Notes: a model not told the origin generated them from the letters alone. A stretch of 64,000 nt of DNA from Verrucomicrobiota bacterium (GCA_049510745.1 JBEKYR010000012.1:74208-138207); one strand, 5' to 3'. Counted from the stretch's first letter, positions 1 through 10,775 are shown. Translations and numbers: made by a program.

Positions 1-1289
1 GGCGCCTGGACGACCAGGCGGACGGGCAGATCGAACTTGCGGGCGAACTCCAGATCGCGGGTGTCGTGGGCGGGAACGGCCATGATGGCGCCGGTGCCGT
101 AAGAGGCCAAAACGTAGTCGGCGATCCAGATGGGGATTTTCTCATTATTGACAGGATTGACGGCAAAGGCGCCGGTGAAGACGCCGGTTTTTTGCCGGGC
201 CAACTCGGTGCGTTCGAGGTCGCTCTTTTTGGCCATCTCGGCTTTGTAAGCGGCAACGGCGGCGCGGTGCTCCGGCGTGGTGATGAGATCGACCAGCTTG
301 TGTTCGGGCGAGAGCACCATGTAGGTCGCGCCAAACAAGGTGTCCGGGCGGGTGGTGAAAACCAGGATGGTGCGGTCGGCCTGGGCGACGGCGGGAGGGG
401 GTTCAGCGAGGCGGAAATGAACCTGCGCGCCCTCGCTGCGGCCGATCCAGTTGCGCTGCATTTCCTTGAGCGATTCGCTCCAGTCGATTTGCTCCAGGCC
501 GCGCAGCAGGCGCTCGGCATAGGCGGTGATGCGGAGCATCCACTGGCGCATCGGTCTGCGCGTGACGGGGAAACCACCGACCTCGCTTTTGCCCTCGATG
601 ACCTCTTCGTTGGCCAGGACGGTGCCCAATTGCTCGCACCACCAGACGGGAGCTTCGCTGACGTAAGCCAGCCGCTTGCTGTCGCGGTACTGGCGGAGAG
701 CTTCCGGGGAAGCGGCGCATTCCGGGGGGCACGGGAGGGTGTCAATGGGTTCGGCTTTGCCGGCGGCGGGATTGAACCAGGAATTGTAGAGCTTGAGGAA
801 AATCCATTGGGTCCATTTGAAATAGCCGGGGTCGGTGGTGTCAATTTCGCGGCTCCAATCGTAGCTGAAACCGAGCGCCTTGATCTGGCGCTTGAACACG
901 GCGATGTTGGCCTCGGTCGTCACGCGGGGATGCTGGCCGGTGCGGATGGCGTACTGCTCGGCGGGCAGGCCGAAGGCGTCCCAGCCGATGGGGTGGAGGA
1001 CGTTGAAGCCGCGGGCGCGCTGGTAACGGGCCAGGATGTCGGTGGCGGTGTAGCCTTCCGGGTGGCCGACGTGCAGGCCGGCGCCGGAGGGGTAAGGGAA
1101 CATGTCAAGGATATAGAATTTGCGGGGCAGGCGTTCCGCCGCAACTTGGCCCGCCAGGCCGTGGCGCCGGGCGAAGGGATGCGCCTCGGGCAGCGTGTCG
1201 CCGGGATTCCAGGCGCGGAAGATTTCGCCCGCCTCCCAGAGGCGCTGCCACTTCGGCTCGATCAAATGAAACGGATATTGTCGCCGCAT
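1..1289 (-). CDS. leuS: Leucyl-tRNA synthetase (5' part; runs off the left edge of the window)
   Basis: Manual translation from ATG at 1289: [15 protein letters not shown]...[29 protein letters not shown] (HIGH-type motif), also [14 protein letters not shown] and [13 protein letters not shown]. Confidence 0.97.
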   Translation of the reverse strand, partial: MRRQYPFHLIEPKWQRLWEAGEIFRAWNPGDTLPEAHPFARRHGLAGQVAAERLPRKFYILDMFPYPSGAGLHVGHPEGYTATDILARYQRARGFNVLHPIGWDAFGLPAEQYAIRTGQHPRVTTEANIAVFKRQIKALGFSYDWSREIDTTDPGYFKWTQWIFLKLYNSWFNPAAGKAEPIDTLPCPPECAASPEALRQYRDSKRLAYVSEAPVWWCEQLGTVLANEEVIEGKSEVGGFPVTRRPMRQWMLRITAYAERLLRGLEQIDWSESLKEMQRNWIGRSEGAQVHFRLAEPPPAVAQADRTILVFTTRPDTLFGATYMVLSPEHKLVDLITTPEHRAAVAAYKAEMAKKSDLERTELARQKTGVFTGAFAVNPVNNEKIPIWIADYVLASYGTGAIMAVPAHDTRDLEFARKFDLPVRLVVQA

Positions 1290-1405
1290 AAAGAGCGCGG
1301 GGATATTGCGGAAAGCGGGGGCGCGGGGCAAGGAGTTTGGGAGGCGCCAAAGCTGAGGCACGCCCTGGCTCGCCGGCTTTATCGGCATCCTCGCAGGGGT
1401 GATCT

Positions 1406-1666
1406 TCAAATGCCTTTCAGCAGGCGTTCGTATTCGTCATGATTGCCAATCCAGAACCAATACATGACTCCGTCTTGAATTCGACCCAAGGCGCGATAGC
1501 CGGGGGATATGCGGGCCGACCAATAATGGCCTTTCTTCTCAAACCGCAAAGAAGGATGGCGCGGATTCACCAGCCACAACCGATACGCTTTGCGGGCCTG
1601 CGACCGCGCCGAAGGGGGCAGGCCTCGATAACCGGCCCAGAAATCACTGGTCGTTGATGATTTCAT
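1406..1666 (-). CDS. RelE/ParE-superfamily toxin
   Basis: 86 aa, [43 protein letters not shown]; overlaps the upstream small gene. Confidence 0.8.
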   Translation of the reverse strand: MKSSTTSDFWAGYRGLPPSARSQARKAYRLWLVNPRHPSLRFEKKGHYWSARISPGYRALGRIQDGVMYWFWIGNHDEYERLLKGI

Positions 1667-1865
1667 CCAGCGGCTTCACGCGGCCGGCGGCAATGTCGGT
1701 CCTGGCCTTCTCCCAGAGTTTGTCCAGCCGTCCGGCAGCGATGTCACCGTCAATCTGCTTGTCCCATGTCTCGTCAAGATACTGCTGCAACCAGCCGGCA
1801 ACTTTCCTGGCGTCTTCGACTGGAAGTGTCTGCAATGCCTTTTCAATTTCAACAACCGTGCTCAT
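1644..1865 (-). CDS. Putative antitoxin of the RelE/ParE pair
   Basis: MSTVVEIEKAL...WDKQIDGDIAAGRLDKL; small acidic protein directly upstream of the toxin. Confidence 0.7.
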   Translation of the reverse strand: MSTVVEIEKALQTLPVEDARKVAGWLQQYLDETWDKQIDGDIAAGRLDKLWEKARTDIAAGRVKPLDEIINDQ

Positions 1866-1974
1866 GGTGGAAATATAGTGGTTGAGGCGGAAAAGTAAAC
1901 AAATCAAACCCAAATCCTAACGCGGCCTTACCGCCGAGCGATGACCTATACAATTTGGATAGGAGAGCGAAGAA

Positions 1975-2024
1975 GCGGTCGGCGGGGGCGCCGACCGCCG
2001 CACGCGAGGGCGCGCGCGCTCCCG
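1975..2024. repeat. REP-like double-hairpin element
   Basis: gcggtcggcg-gggg-cgccgaccgc followed by cacgcgagggcgcgcgcgctccc; related copies at 49629-49678 (inverted) and 49718-49766. Confidence 0.7.
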
Positions 2025-2066
2025 GGATGTACTGCAACGGTTCTTAGGCGAGAGTTCTGGGGCGCG

Positions 2067-2729
2067 CTATTTTTTGTCGGCGGGGATGACGCCCTTGTCG
2101 ATGAGCTTTTGCAATTTCGGACGGATGGTGAACTGGCAATACCCCTGGCCGGGATGGAGGTTGTAAAAGTTCTGGTGGTACTGTTCGGCCGGGTAAAACG
2201 CGGTCAGCGGCACGATTTGGGTGACGATGGGAGAGGAGAAATGGCGGGCGGCATCGGCCCGGGCTTTTTCGGCGGCGGCTTTTTGGGCCGGGGTGCTGTA
2301 AAGAATGATGGAGCGATATTGGGTGCCGACGTCGTTGCCCTGGCGGTTGAGGGTGGTCGGATCGTGCTCCTCGAAAAAGACTTCCAGAAGCTTGTCGAAG
2401 GAGATGACGGCGGGATCGAACTGAATCTGGATGACCTCGGCGTGGCCGGTCTGGCCGGTGCAGACCTCTTCATAGGAAGGATGGGGGGTCGTGCCGCCGG
2501 CAAAACCGGAAGTGACGGATTTGACGCCGGGAATGCGTTGGAAAACGGCTTCGCCGCACCAAAAGCAGCCGCCGCCGAAGGTGGCCGTTTCAAGTTTTGC
2601 GGGGGCGTTGGTGGAAACTGGCGCGGCATTCATAATGGGAACAAGGAAAAGACAACCCAGCAGCAGGCTGGCCGTCTGGAAGCATCGGGCCAGTCCGCGC
2701 GATGTCAATGCGATGCGGGAATTCTTCAT
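2067..2729 (-). CDS. msrA: Peptide methionine sulfoxide reductase MsrA with N-terminal signal peptide
   Basis: FGGGCFWC, GHAEVIQI, HDPTTLNRQGNDVGTQYRS, AEQYHQNF motifs; start placed at MKNSRI. Confidence 0.95.
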   Translation of the reverse strand: MKNSRIALTSRGLARCFQTASLLLGCLFLVPIMNAAPVSTNAPAKLETATFGGGCFWCGEAVFQRIPGVKSVTSGFAGGTTPHPSYEEVCTGQTGHAEVIQIQFDPAVISFDKLLEVFFEEHDPTTLNRQGNDVGTQYRSIILYSTPAQKAAAEKARADAARHFSSPIVTQIVPLTAFYPAEQYHQNFYNLHPGQGYCQFTIRPKLQKLIDKGVIPADKK

Positions 2730-2805
2730 GCGAACCGAGATAAGATGGCCGTCCGGCGGCAGATTTTCAATCGAATCTTCAAGAGATGTCTTCAAAAGGT
2801 GTCGC

Positions 2806-2884
2806 GTCGGCGTGTCGGCGTGTCGGCGTGTCGGCGTGTCGGCGTGTCGGCGTGTCGGCGTGTCGGCGTGTCGGCGTGTCGGCG
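2806..2884. repeat. Tandem 8-bp repeat (GTCGGCGT) x ~10
   Basis: Nine perfect units plus 7/8 of a tenth, no spacers. Confidence 0.95.
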
Positions 2885-3177
2885 CTGAAGGCAGTCCGGC
2901 AAGACATGCTGTCATATGACAGTATGACATTCCATATCGGGGTTTCGTTCTTTTCGCCATTCTGTTCAGCATTCTGTTCACCGTTCTGTTCACCGTACGG
3001 TGAATCTCGCTGCGGGACGAATTCCGCCGGCGGTGGAGAGGTCAGTGGACGCGGGGCACCGTCCCCGAATTAGGGGTTCCGTCGGCGAGATGAGGGCGGG
3101 TGTGCCTCCGGCGCCATTTGTGTCTGGCGCCATTTGTGGCTTTCCGTTCCGGGGGGAATTCGCCAGACTGGGCGGCG

Positions 3178-6100
3178 ATGAAACGCCTGTATCTGTTTTT
3201 CGGTGTCTGGTTCCTGCTCGTAGTGTTCAGGGCCGGCGCCGTGACGCCCACCATCCTCTCCCCACCGGAAAGCGTCACCGTCAACAACGCTTCGGCCGCC
3301 GCCTTCACGGTCGTGGCGACCAACGCGGCCAGCTACCAGTGGCAGTTTCCGGGCACCAACAATCTGCCCGCAGCCACCAACGCCACGCTGAGCCTGGATA
3401 ATGTGACCAGCAACCAGGCGGGGAGCTACACTGTGGTCGTGACCTCGTCGGACAGCAATTCCATCAGCGCGACAGCGGTGTTGACGATTGTGCCCGGAAC
3501 GATCGTCCAGTTGACCATCTCGACTTACCCGGACGGGAGCAGCAACAGTTTTTTGGTGCAGTTGTTTGACCATGACAAGCCGGCCACGGTGGAGAACTTC
3601 ATTCATTACATCAGTTCCGGGGCTTATTCGAATATGTTCTTTGACCGGGACGTGACGAATTTTGTTCTGCAAGGGGGCGATTATGTCACCACCGATCGAA
3701 CGAGCAATTATCTGTACGGCGGGCCAGTTTCGGCGGGGGAACCCAGTTTTCCATCGCAAGTGGATAGCGAATTGAACGTGGGGCCGCTGATTCACAACAC
3801 ATTTGGCACGTTGGCCATGGCCTTGGCTACGGGAAAACCGGACTCGGCCAGCAGCGCGTTCTTCATCAGTTTGACGAACAATTCCCCGTACCTGGACACG
3901 AACAACGGCGGTTTCACCGTCTTCGGGCGGGTCATATCCAATGCCAATGTCCTGCAGTATTTCAACACCTTGAGCGCGCCGAGCAACGGGATTTTGGATT
4001 ACAGTTCGAGTATTCCGACGCTGCCGGTCAATTACGACGGGACCAATACTCCGAATAACGCCAATTTATTCTACTGCGATTTTGCGTTCCAAACCACGCC
4101 GCCGGTGGATACGAACCCGCCGACGGTTTCGATTGCCTTTCCAGCGCCGAACGCGGCCTTCACCAACGGCAGCCCGTTGACAGTGCAAGGGACAGCGCAG
4201 GATAATGTCGGATTGGCCGAGGTGTTTTGTGTTTTGACCTCGAGCACGGGCGCCTATGGCGGCAAGAGCCAGACCAATGCCGCGCTGGGCACAACCAATT
4301 GGTCGCTGGATCTGGTCAGTCAACTCGGAACGATTGAGCCGGGGGTTTACCAGTTGACGGCCTACGCCCAGGACGGGGCGGGCAACCTGAGCGCGCCGGC
4401 AACGGAGTATTTCACCAATCTGGCGCAATTGACCATCATCACCAACGTGGAGGGGAACCTGACAACCAACGCGCCGCAGTACCTGGTGCCGGGACAGCAG
4501 TACTCGGTGGCGGCGGCGCCGGGACCCGGACAACAGTTTGACACTTGGCAATATCAAGGGGTGGTGTCGATTAACCCGGTGCAAACGTTGACGGTGGAAT
4601 CCAACCTGACGTTGACGGTGACGTATCTATCCAACACCCTGCCCGCCGGCCTGGCCATAACTAATCCTGCCGCCGGTTCCCAGGTGCCAAGGACCAACAC
4701 CGGCCTGACCGTTAGTGGAACTCTTCCGCCGTCGGATATAGTAACGCAATTGACCTGCCAGCTTTTTTCCCAATCCAACGCCGTGACCGCCGCGAAATCC
4801 CCAAAGCTCAACGGCACCAACTGGACGCTGGCCGTAAGCAACCTTGTGGGCGGGCCTTACACGATAGTGGTTGTGGCGGAGGATTCGTCGGGCCGATTCG
4901 GATTGGTTTCGGAAAATTTCACGCTCCTCGCGCCGCCTATCATCATCTCGCAACCCTCCAGCCCGACCGTCAATAACGGTTCCGCGGCGGACTTCACCGT
5001 CGTGGCGACCAACGCGGTCGCCTACCAATGGCAGTTTGCGGGCACCAATAATCTGCCCGGAGCCACCAACGCCACCCTGGCCCTCGACGACGTGAGCACC
5101 AACCAGGAGGGTTCTTACACGGTCGTCATCACCGCCCCGGATGGCGAGACGTTGAGCAGCCAGCCGGCGGTCCTGACCGTGGTGCAAGGGACGATTGTGC
5201 AATTGACAATCTCGACTTACCCGGATGGGAGCAGCAACAGTTTTTTGGTGGAGTTGTTTGACCATGACAAGCCGGCCACGGTGGAAAACTTCGTCCATTA
5301 CATCAACTCCGGGGCGTACTCGAATATGTTCTTTGACCGGGACGTGACAAATTTTGTTTTGCAAGGGGGCGATTATGTCACCACTGATCGAACGAACAAT
5401 CATCTGTCCGGCGGGCCGGTTTCGGCGGGGGAACCCAATTTTCCGTCGCAAGTGGATAGCGAATTGAACGTGGGGCCGCTGATTCACAATACATTTGGCA
5501 CGTTGGCCATGGCCCTGGTTTCGGGAAAACCGGACTCGGCCAGCAGCGCGTTCTTCATCAGTTTGACGAACAATTCCCCGTACCTGGACACGAACAACGG
5601 CGGTTTCACCGTTTTCGGGCGGGTCATATCCAATGCCAACGCCCTGCAGTACTTCAACACCTTGAGCGCGCCGAGCAACGGCATTTTCAATTACAGTTCG
5701 GGTATTCCGACGCTGCCGGTTAATTACGACGGGACCGGCTTGCCCGCCAACAGTAATGTGTTCTACTGCGATTTTGTGTTCCAAACCACGCCGGTAGTCG
5801 ATACGAACCCGCCGACGGTCGTGATGACCTATCCGGCGCCAAACGCGGTTTTCAGCAACGGCAGCCCGTTGACAGTGCAAGGGACAGCGCAGGATAACAT
5901 CGGATTGGCCGAGGTGTTTTGTATTTTGACCTCGAGCACGGGCGCCTATAACAACAAGAGCCAGACCAATGCCGCGCTGGGCACAACCAATTGGTCACTG
6001 AATCTGGTCAGCAAACTGGGAACCATTCAGCCGGGGGTTTACCAGTTGACAGCCTACGCCCAGGACGGGGCGGGCAACCTGAGCACGCCGGCAACGGAGT

Positions 6101-9100
6101 ATTTCACCAATCTGACGCGACTGACGATCATCACGAACGTGGAAGGGAACCGGACAACCAACGCGCCGCAGTACCTGGTGCCGGGACAACAGTATTCCGT
6201 GACGGCGGCGCCGGGACCCGGACAAGAGTTTGACACTTGGACCTCCAACGGTGTGGCGTCGCTTAACCCGGAGCAAACGTTCACGGCGAACGGCAACCTC
6301 ACTCTGATGGTGACGTATCTTTCCAACACGCTGCCCGCCGGCCTGGCCATTAGCAGTCCTGCCGCCGGTTCCCAGGTGCCACGGACCAACACCGGCCTGA
6401 CCATTAGTGGAACTCTCCCGTCATCGACCACAGTGACGCAACTGACCTGCCAGCTTTTTTCCCAATCCAACGCCGTGACCGCCGCGCAATCGGCGAGCCT
6501 CAGTGGCGCCACCAACTGGTCGCTGGCCGTGAGCAATCTCGTGGGCGGCCCTTACACGATAGTGGTTGTGGCGGAGGATTCGTCGGGCCGTTTTGGATTG
6601 GTTTCGGAAGATTTCACGCTCCTCGCGCCGCCTGTCATCATCTCGCAACCCGCCAGCCTGACCGCCAATAGCGGTTCGGGGGCGGCTTTCACCGTCGTGG
6701 CGACCAACGCGGTCGCCTACCAGTGGCAGTTTCCGGGCACAAACAATCTGCCCGGCGCCACCAACGCCACCTTGACCCTTGACGACGTGAGCACCAACCA
6801 GGCGGGTTCTTACGTGGTCGTCATCACTGCCCCGGATGGCGAGACGTTGAGCAGCCAGCCGGCGGTCCTGACCGTAGTGCAAGGGACGATTGTGCAATTG
6901 ACCATCTCGACTTACCCGGACGGGAGCAGCAGCAATTTGGTGGTGGAGTTGTTTGACAATGACAAGCCGGCCACGGTGGAGAACTTCATCCATTGCATTA
7001 AGTACGGGGCGTACTCGAATATGTTCTTCGACCTGGATAAGGCCGGGTTTATTCTGCAAGGAGGGACTGACGGCGCCGTGGACCGCACGAATTCCACTCC
7101 CGGTCTGACCGGGTGGGGCATCTATAGTCAGTACATCGCGGGAAACACTAATTTTCCGTCGCAAGTCGATAGCGAATTCAAGGTGGGGCCGTTGCTGCAC
7201 AATACATTTGGCACGCTGGCCATGAGCTTGACTACCGGAAAGCCGGACTCGGCCTCAAGCTCGTTCCTCATTAATTTGGCGGACAATTCGGCGAACCTCG
7301 ATTATCAAAACGGCGGCTTCACCGTTTTCGGGCGGGTCATATCCAACGCCAACGTCCTGCAGTATTTCAACACCTTGAGCGCGCCGAGCAATGGCATTTC
7401 CAGCAATGTCATCACAGGTTTTGCGGCGCTGCCCGTCAATTACGACGGGACCAACGAACCCGCCAACAGCAACCTGTTCTTCTGCGATTTCAAGTTCCTG
7501 ACACCGCCGCCGGTGGATACAAGCCCGCCGACGGTCGCGATTGCTTTTCCGGCGCCGAACGCGGTTTTCACCAACGGCAGTCCGTTGACCGTGCAAGGGA
7601 CGGCGCACGACGATGTCGGATTGGCCGAGGTGTTCTGTGTTTTGACCTCGAGCACGGGCGCTTATGGTAACAAGAGCCTGACCAATGCCGCGCTGGGCAC
7701 AACCAACTGGTCGCTGAATCCGGCCAGTCAACTCGGAACCATCGAGCCGGGGGTTTACCAGTTGACGGCCTACGCCCAGGACGGGGCGGGAAATCTGAGC
7801 GCGCCGGCGGCGATTCAGTTCTTCACCAATCTGACGCGACTGACGATCATAACGAACGTTGCCGGCCACCTGACAACCAATGCGCCGCAGTACCTGGTGC
7901 CGGGACAGCAGTATTCCGTGACGGCGGCGCCCGGAGCGGGACAACAGTTTTACAGTTGGACCTCCAACGGGGTGACGTCGATCAACCCGGAGCAAACGTT
8001 CACGGCGAACGGCAACCTCACGCTGACGGTGACATATCTCTCGAACAATCTTGCGGCAGGCGTGACCATTACAAACCCCGTGACCGGCACGCAGGCTTTC
8101 GCCATCCAGTCGCTGCTGACGGTGAGCGGCACCCTATTTTCTTCGAGCACGGTCACGCAACTGACCTGCCAGTTTTTTGTCAACTCCAATTCCATCTCGA
8201 CCGCGCAGCCCGTCAACCTCGCCGGCACAAACTGGTCGCTGGCCGTGACCAATTTGGGCAACGGCGCCTACACGGTGGTGGCTGTGGCGAGCGACACGGC
8301 GGGCGACACGTTTTTCGCCGCGGCCAACTTCACGCTGCTGAACGTGGAGCAATTGACACTCAACGTCGTCGGAGGGGGAACCATCGCCAGCAATCCGGGA
8401 CCCTACGTTGTGCCCGGCACCTACACAGTCAAGGCGGTGCCCAACGCCGGGCAGGTCTTTTACAGTTGGAGCGACGGAGTCACCACCACGCTGAACCCTT
8501 CCAAGAAGTTTACGGTCGTGTCGAACCTGACGCTGACGGCGACGTTCGCCGGCGAGGACAAGTCGTTGAAGGGCATCGCGTTCACCTATCCATCGGCGAA
8601 CGCCAACGTGCCCAGTAATACATTCAACCGGGTGGAGGTAAAAGCTCCGGCATCGCTGAGTGTCACGCAGATGACGTGCCAGTTTTTTTTGCAATCCAAC
8701 GGCGTCACGGCATCGCCTCAATTCCTGAACTTCGATGCCGCCACCAAAAAATGGACGTTGCCCGTGACCAATTTCACGCCGGGGCCTTATGTGGTCATGG
8801 CAGTGGCGTATGACAAGGAGGGCAAGAGCAGGCTGGTGTCGGAGAAGTTTAATCTGCTGGCGAAGCTGGCGGTCGGCGTCCAGGGCAAAGGGACCGTGAC
8901 CGCCGGCTTGAACGGGAAGTACCTGCAGGTCGGCAAGAGCTACCGTATTTCCGCCACGCCGACCGCGGGGGAGGTGTTTGCGTTCTGGACCGGCGCGGTG
9001 GCAAACTCAAACAGCCCGGCGACCACGTTTGTCATGTCAAGCAATACGGTGTTGACGGCGACTTTTACAAACAACCCGTTTCCGTCGGTGGCAGGCACTT

Positions 9101-10071
9101 ACAACGGGCTGTTCTTCAATGCGACCAATCCGTCGCCGACCAGCTCCGGGTTTGTCACCTTGACCGTGGCCCGTTCCGGCGTGTTCAGCGGAAAACTGGT
9201 GATGCCCACGCTGACGCTGCCCATTTATCCAAGCAAGTTCCCTTACGCCGGCTCCGTCGAGTTTCGAGCGACGAAGGCATCGGATGACTTGGACCTCATC
9301 TTCGAGATCGATCTGACGGGCGGCACGGACCAACTGATCGGGGAGGTGAGTCATCGGGGCGCCTGGACAAACCTGCTGATTGCCTATCGCGCCGCCACCA
9401 ATCTTTCCAGTTCCAACATGCCCGCACCCGGAAAATACGTGCTGACTCTGCAACCAACCAACGGAAGCGCCGGCAGCCCGACCTCCCCCGGTTACGCCGC
9501 CGTCACGGTGGAAAAGAGCGGGACGGTGGTTTTGGGCGGGGTGTTGCCGGACAATACCGGCATTTCCAAATCCGTCGGAATGTCAAAGGAGGGCCTATGG
9601 CCGCTCTTCATAGCGCCGGCCGGCTACAAGGGCCGCGGGCTGATCATCGGCTGGCAAACCAACCTGTCGTCGCTTGGCCAACTGGCGTGGATCAAACCGG
9701 CGGCCGGCGGGACCTATTATCCCCGCGGCTTTACGACGAGACTGGATGTCACCGGCGCCGGCCACGTCCCGCCCGAGGCCGGCACAAACTACGAAATCGT
9801 TTTCGGCGGGGGCAGCCTGGGGACCAACGCCGCCGTGACCGACCTTCTGACTGTCAACAATTCCAAACAGTTCGTCCCGGAAGGCGCCACGAACAAACTG
9901 GAGATTTCGCTCCTGCCCGGCGGCGCGCTGACGGGGCATTTTCTCAATGAGGTCGATGGCAGGACGCTGTCGTTCAAGGGCGCTTTCACCAGCCCGTCGC
10001 AAGGAGGTTCGGGTTTCACGCTGGATACCAACGGCGAGAGCGGCTATTTCAACCTGAGCTTGAAGCCGTGA
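3178..10071 (+). CDS. Giant secreted protein: 3 x (Ig-like + cyclophilin-type PPIase + bacterial Ig-like/B-repeat domains) plus a beta-rich C-terminal region
   Basis: Signal peptide MKRLYLFFGVWFLLVVFRAGA; three ~564-aa modules with PATVENF..Y, FVLQGG, GTLAMA, FTVFGRV cyclophilin motifs and YQWQ..ATNATL Ig motifs. Confidence 0.85.
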   Translation: MKRLYLFFGVWFLLVVFRAGAVTPTILSPPESVTVNNASAAAFTVVATNAASYQWQFPGTNNLPAATNATLSLDNVTSNQAGSYTVVVTSSDSNSISATAVLTIVPGTIVQLTISTYPDGSSNSFLVQLFDHDKPATVENFIHYISSGAYSNMFFDRDVTNFVLQGGDYVTTDRTSNYLYGGPVSAGEPSFPSQVDSELNVGPLIHNTFGTLAMALATGKPDSASSAFFISLTNNSPYLDTNNGGFTVFGRVISNANVLQYFNTLSAPSNGILDYSSSIPTLPVNYDGTNTPNNANLFYCDFAFQTTPPVDTNPPTVSIAFPAPNAAFTNGSPLTVQGTAQDNVGLAEVFCVLTSSTGAYGGKSQTNAALGTTNWSLDLVSQLGTIEPGVYQLTAYAQDGAGNLSAPATEYFTNLAQLTIITNVEGNLTTNAPQYLVPGQQYSVAAAPGPGQQFDTWQYQGVVSINPVQTLTVESNLTLTVTYLSNTLPAGLAITNPAAGSQVPRTNTGLTVSGTLPPSDIVTQLTCQLFSQSNAVTAAKSPKLNGTNWTLAVSNLVGGPYTIVVVAEDSSGRFGLVSENFTLLAPPIIISQPSSPTVNNGSAADFTVVATNAVAYQWQFAGTNNLPGATNATLALDDVSTNQEGSYTVVITAPDGETLSSQPAVLTVVQGTIVQLTISTYPDGSSNSFLVELFDHDKPATVENFVHYINSGAYSNMFFDRDVTNFVLQGGDYVTTDRTNNHLSGGPVSAGEPNFPSQVDSELNVGPLIHNTFGTLAMALVSGKPDSASSAFFISLTNNSPYLDTNNGGFTVFGRVISNANALQYFNTLSAPSNGIFNYSSGIPTLPVNYDGTGLPANSNVFYCDFVFQTTPVVDTNPPTVVMTYPAPNAVFSNGSPLTVQGTAQDNIGLAEVFCILTSSTGAYNNKSQTNAALGTTNWSLNLVSKLGTIQPGVYQLTAYAQDGAGNLSTPATEYFTNLTRLTIITNVEGNRTTNAPQYLVPGQQYSVTAAPGPGQEFDTWTSNGVASLNPEQTFTANGNLTLMVTYLSNTLPAGLAISSPAAGSQVPRTNTGLTISGTLPSSTTVTQLTCQLFSQSNAVTAAQSASLSGATNWSLAVSNLVGGPYTIVVVAEDSSGRFGLVSEDFTLLAPPVIISQPASLTANSGSGAAFTVVATNAVAYQWQFPGTNNLPGATNATLTLDDVSTNQAGSYVVVITAPDGETLSSQPAVLTVVQGTIVQLTISTYPDGSSSNLVVELFDNDKPATVENFIHCIKYGAYSNMFFDLDKAGFILQGGTDGAVDRTNSTPGLTGWGIYSQYIAGNTNFPSQVDSEFKVGPLLHNTFGTLAMSLTTGKPDSASSSFLINLADNSANLDYQNGGFTVFGRVISNANVLQYFNTLSAPSNGISSNVITGFAALPVNYDGTNEPANSNLFFCDFKFLTPPPVDTSPPTVAIAFPAPNAVFTNGSPLTVQGTAHDDVGLAEVFCVLTSSTGAYGNKSLTNAALGTTNWSLNPASQLGTIEPGVYQLTAYAQDGAGNLSAPAAIQFFTNLTRLTIITNVAGHLTTNAPQYLVPGQQYSVTAAPGAGQQFYSWTSNGVTSINPEQTFTANGNLTLTVTYLSNNLAAGVTITNPVTGTQAFAIQSLLTVSGTLFSSSTVTQLTCQFFVNSNSISTAQPVNLAGTNWSLAVTNLGNGAYTVVAVASDTAGDTFFAAANFTLLNVEQLTLNVVGGGTIASNPGPYVVPGTYTVKAVPNAGQVFYSWSDGVTTTLNPSKKFTVVSNLTLTATFAGEDKSLKGIAFTYPSANANVPSNTFNRVEVKAPASLSVTQMTCQFFLQSNGVTASPQFLNFDAATKKWTLPVTNFTPGPYVVMAVAYDKEGKSRLVSEKFNLLAKLAVGVQGKGTVTAGLNGKYLQVGKSYRISATPTAGEVFAFWTGAVANSNSPATTFVMSSNTVLTATFTNNPFPSVAGTYNGLFFNATNPSPTSSGFVTLTVARSGVFSGKLVMPTLTLPIYPSKFPYAGSVEFRATKASDDLDLIFEIDLTGGTDQLIGEVSHRGAWTNLLIAYRAATNLSSSNMPAPGKYVLTLQPTNGSAGSPTSPGYAAVTVEKSGTVVLGGVLPDNTGISKSVGMSKEGLWPLFIAPAGYKGRGLIIGWQTNLSSLGQLAWIKPAAGGTYYPRGFTTRLDVTGAGHVPPEAGTNYEIVFGGGSLGTNAAVTDLLTVNNSKQFVPEGATNKLEISLLPGGALTGHFLNEVDGRTLSFKGAFTSPSQGGSGFTLDTNGESGYFNLSLKP

Positions 10072-10094
10072 TCCCGGCGCCCGGCCCCGCAGGC

Positions 10095-10775
10095 ATGACC
10101 ACGATCCTCATTGCGACGCGCAACGCCCACAAGGTGGCTGAAATCCGGCAGATTCTTTCCGGGAACCTGCGCTGCCTCAGCCAGAACGAGGTGCCCGGCG
10201 CGCCGGCGGCGGCGGAAGACGCGGACTCCTTTGCCGGAAACGCCCGGAAAAAGGCCGAAGGACTGGCCGATTGGCTGGCCGCGCATCCCGATGCGTTGCC
10301 GGACACGATCGACCCGGAGAGCGATCCTTTCTACATTCTGGCCGATGATTCCGGATTGGAAGTGGACGCGCTCGGGGGCGCGCCCGGGGTCCACTCGGCG
10401 CGGTTTGCCGCCTGGGACGCGCCCGGAGCGGCCAACGCTCCGGATGCGGCCAACAACGCCAGGCTGCTTCGGCTGCTGGACGGCGTCCCGCCGGAACGCC
10501 GGACGGCGCGGTTCCGCTGCGTGCTGGCGCTGCTGCGGCTGCGGCCGCTGGCAACGCCCTGGAAGACCGTGACGCTGGAAGGGATTTGCGAGGGCCGCAT
10601 TGCCTTCGCCCCCGCCGGGACGGGAGGTTTTGGCTACGACCCGCTGTTTGTCCCGGAGGGCTGGGCGCAGTCTTTGGCCGAACTGGGGGAGGCTGTCAAG
10701 AATACCTTGAGCCATCGCGCCCGCGCGCTGGAAAAGCTCCGGCTGTTTTTGCTGGACAACGGCCCGGCGGCCTAA
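10095..10775 (+). CDS. rdgB: Non-canonical purine NTP pyrophosphatase (RdgB/HAM1)
   Basis: ATRNAHK, ADDSGLEVDALGGAPGVHSAR, GFGYDPLF, KNTLSHR motifs. Confidence 0.93.
   Translation: MTTILIATRNAHKVAEIRQILSGNLRCLSQNEVPGAPAAAEDADSFAGNARKKAEGLADWLAAHPDALPDTIDPESDPFYILADDSGLEVDALGGAPGVHSARFAAWDAPGAANAPDAANNARLLRLLDGVPPERRTARFRCVLALLRLRPLATPWKTVTLEGICEGRIAFAPAGTGGFGYDPLFVPEGWAQSLAELGEAVKNTLSHRARALEKLRLFLLDNGPAA

Noticed and set aside
66..1442. 458-aa plus-strand ORF
   Set aside because: Antisense shadow of leuS, which carries the recognisable motifs on the minus strand
2806..2884. Possible CRISPR array
   Set aside because: Contiguous 8-bp units with no spacers and no cas genes; it is a simple tandem repeat
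2730..2993. N-terminal extension of MsrA with RRHADTPT repeats
   Set aside because: It is the translation of the intergenic 8-mer repeat; the signal peptide begins at 2729
3250..8340. Diversity-generating retroelement behind the near-identical modules
   Set aside because: No reverse transcriptase in the window, the repeats are in-frame 1.7-kb coding modules, and the differences do not appear confined to adenines
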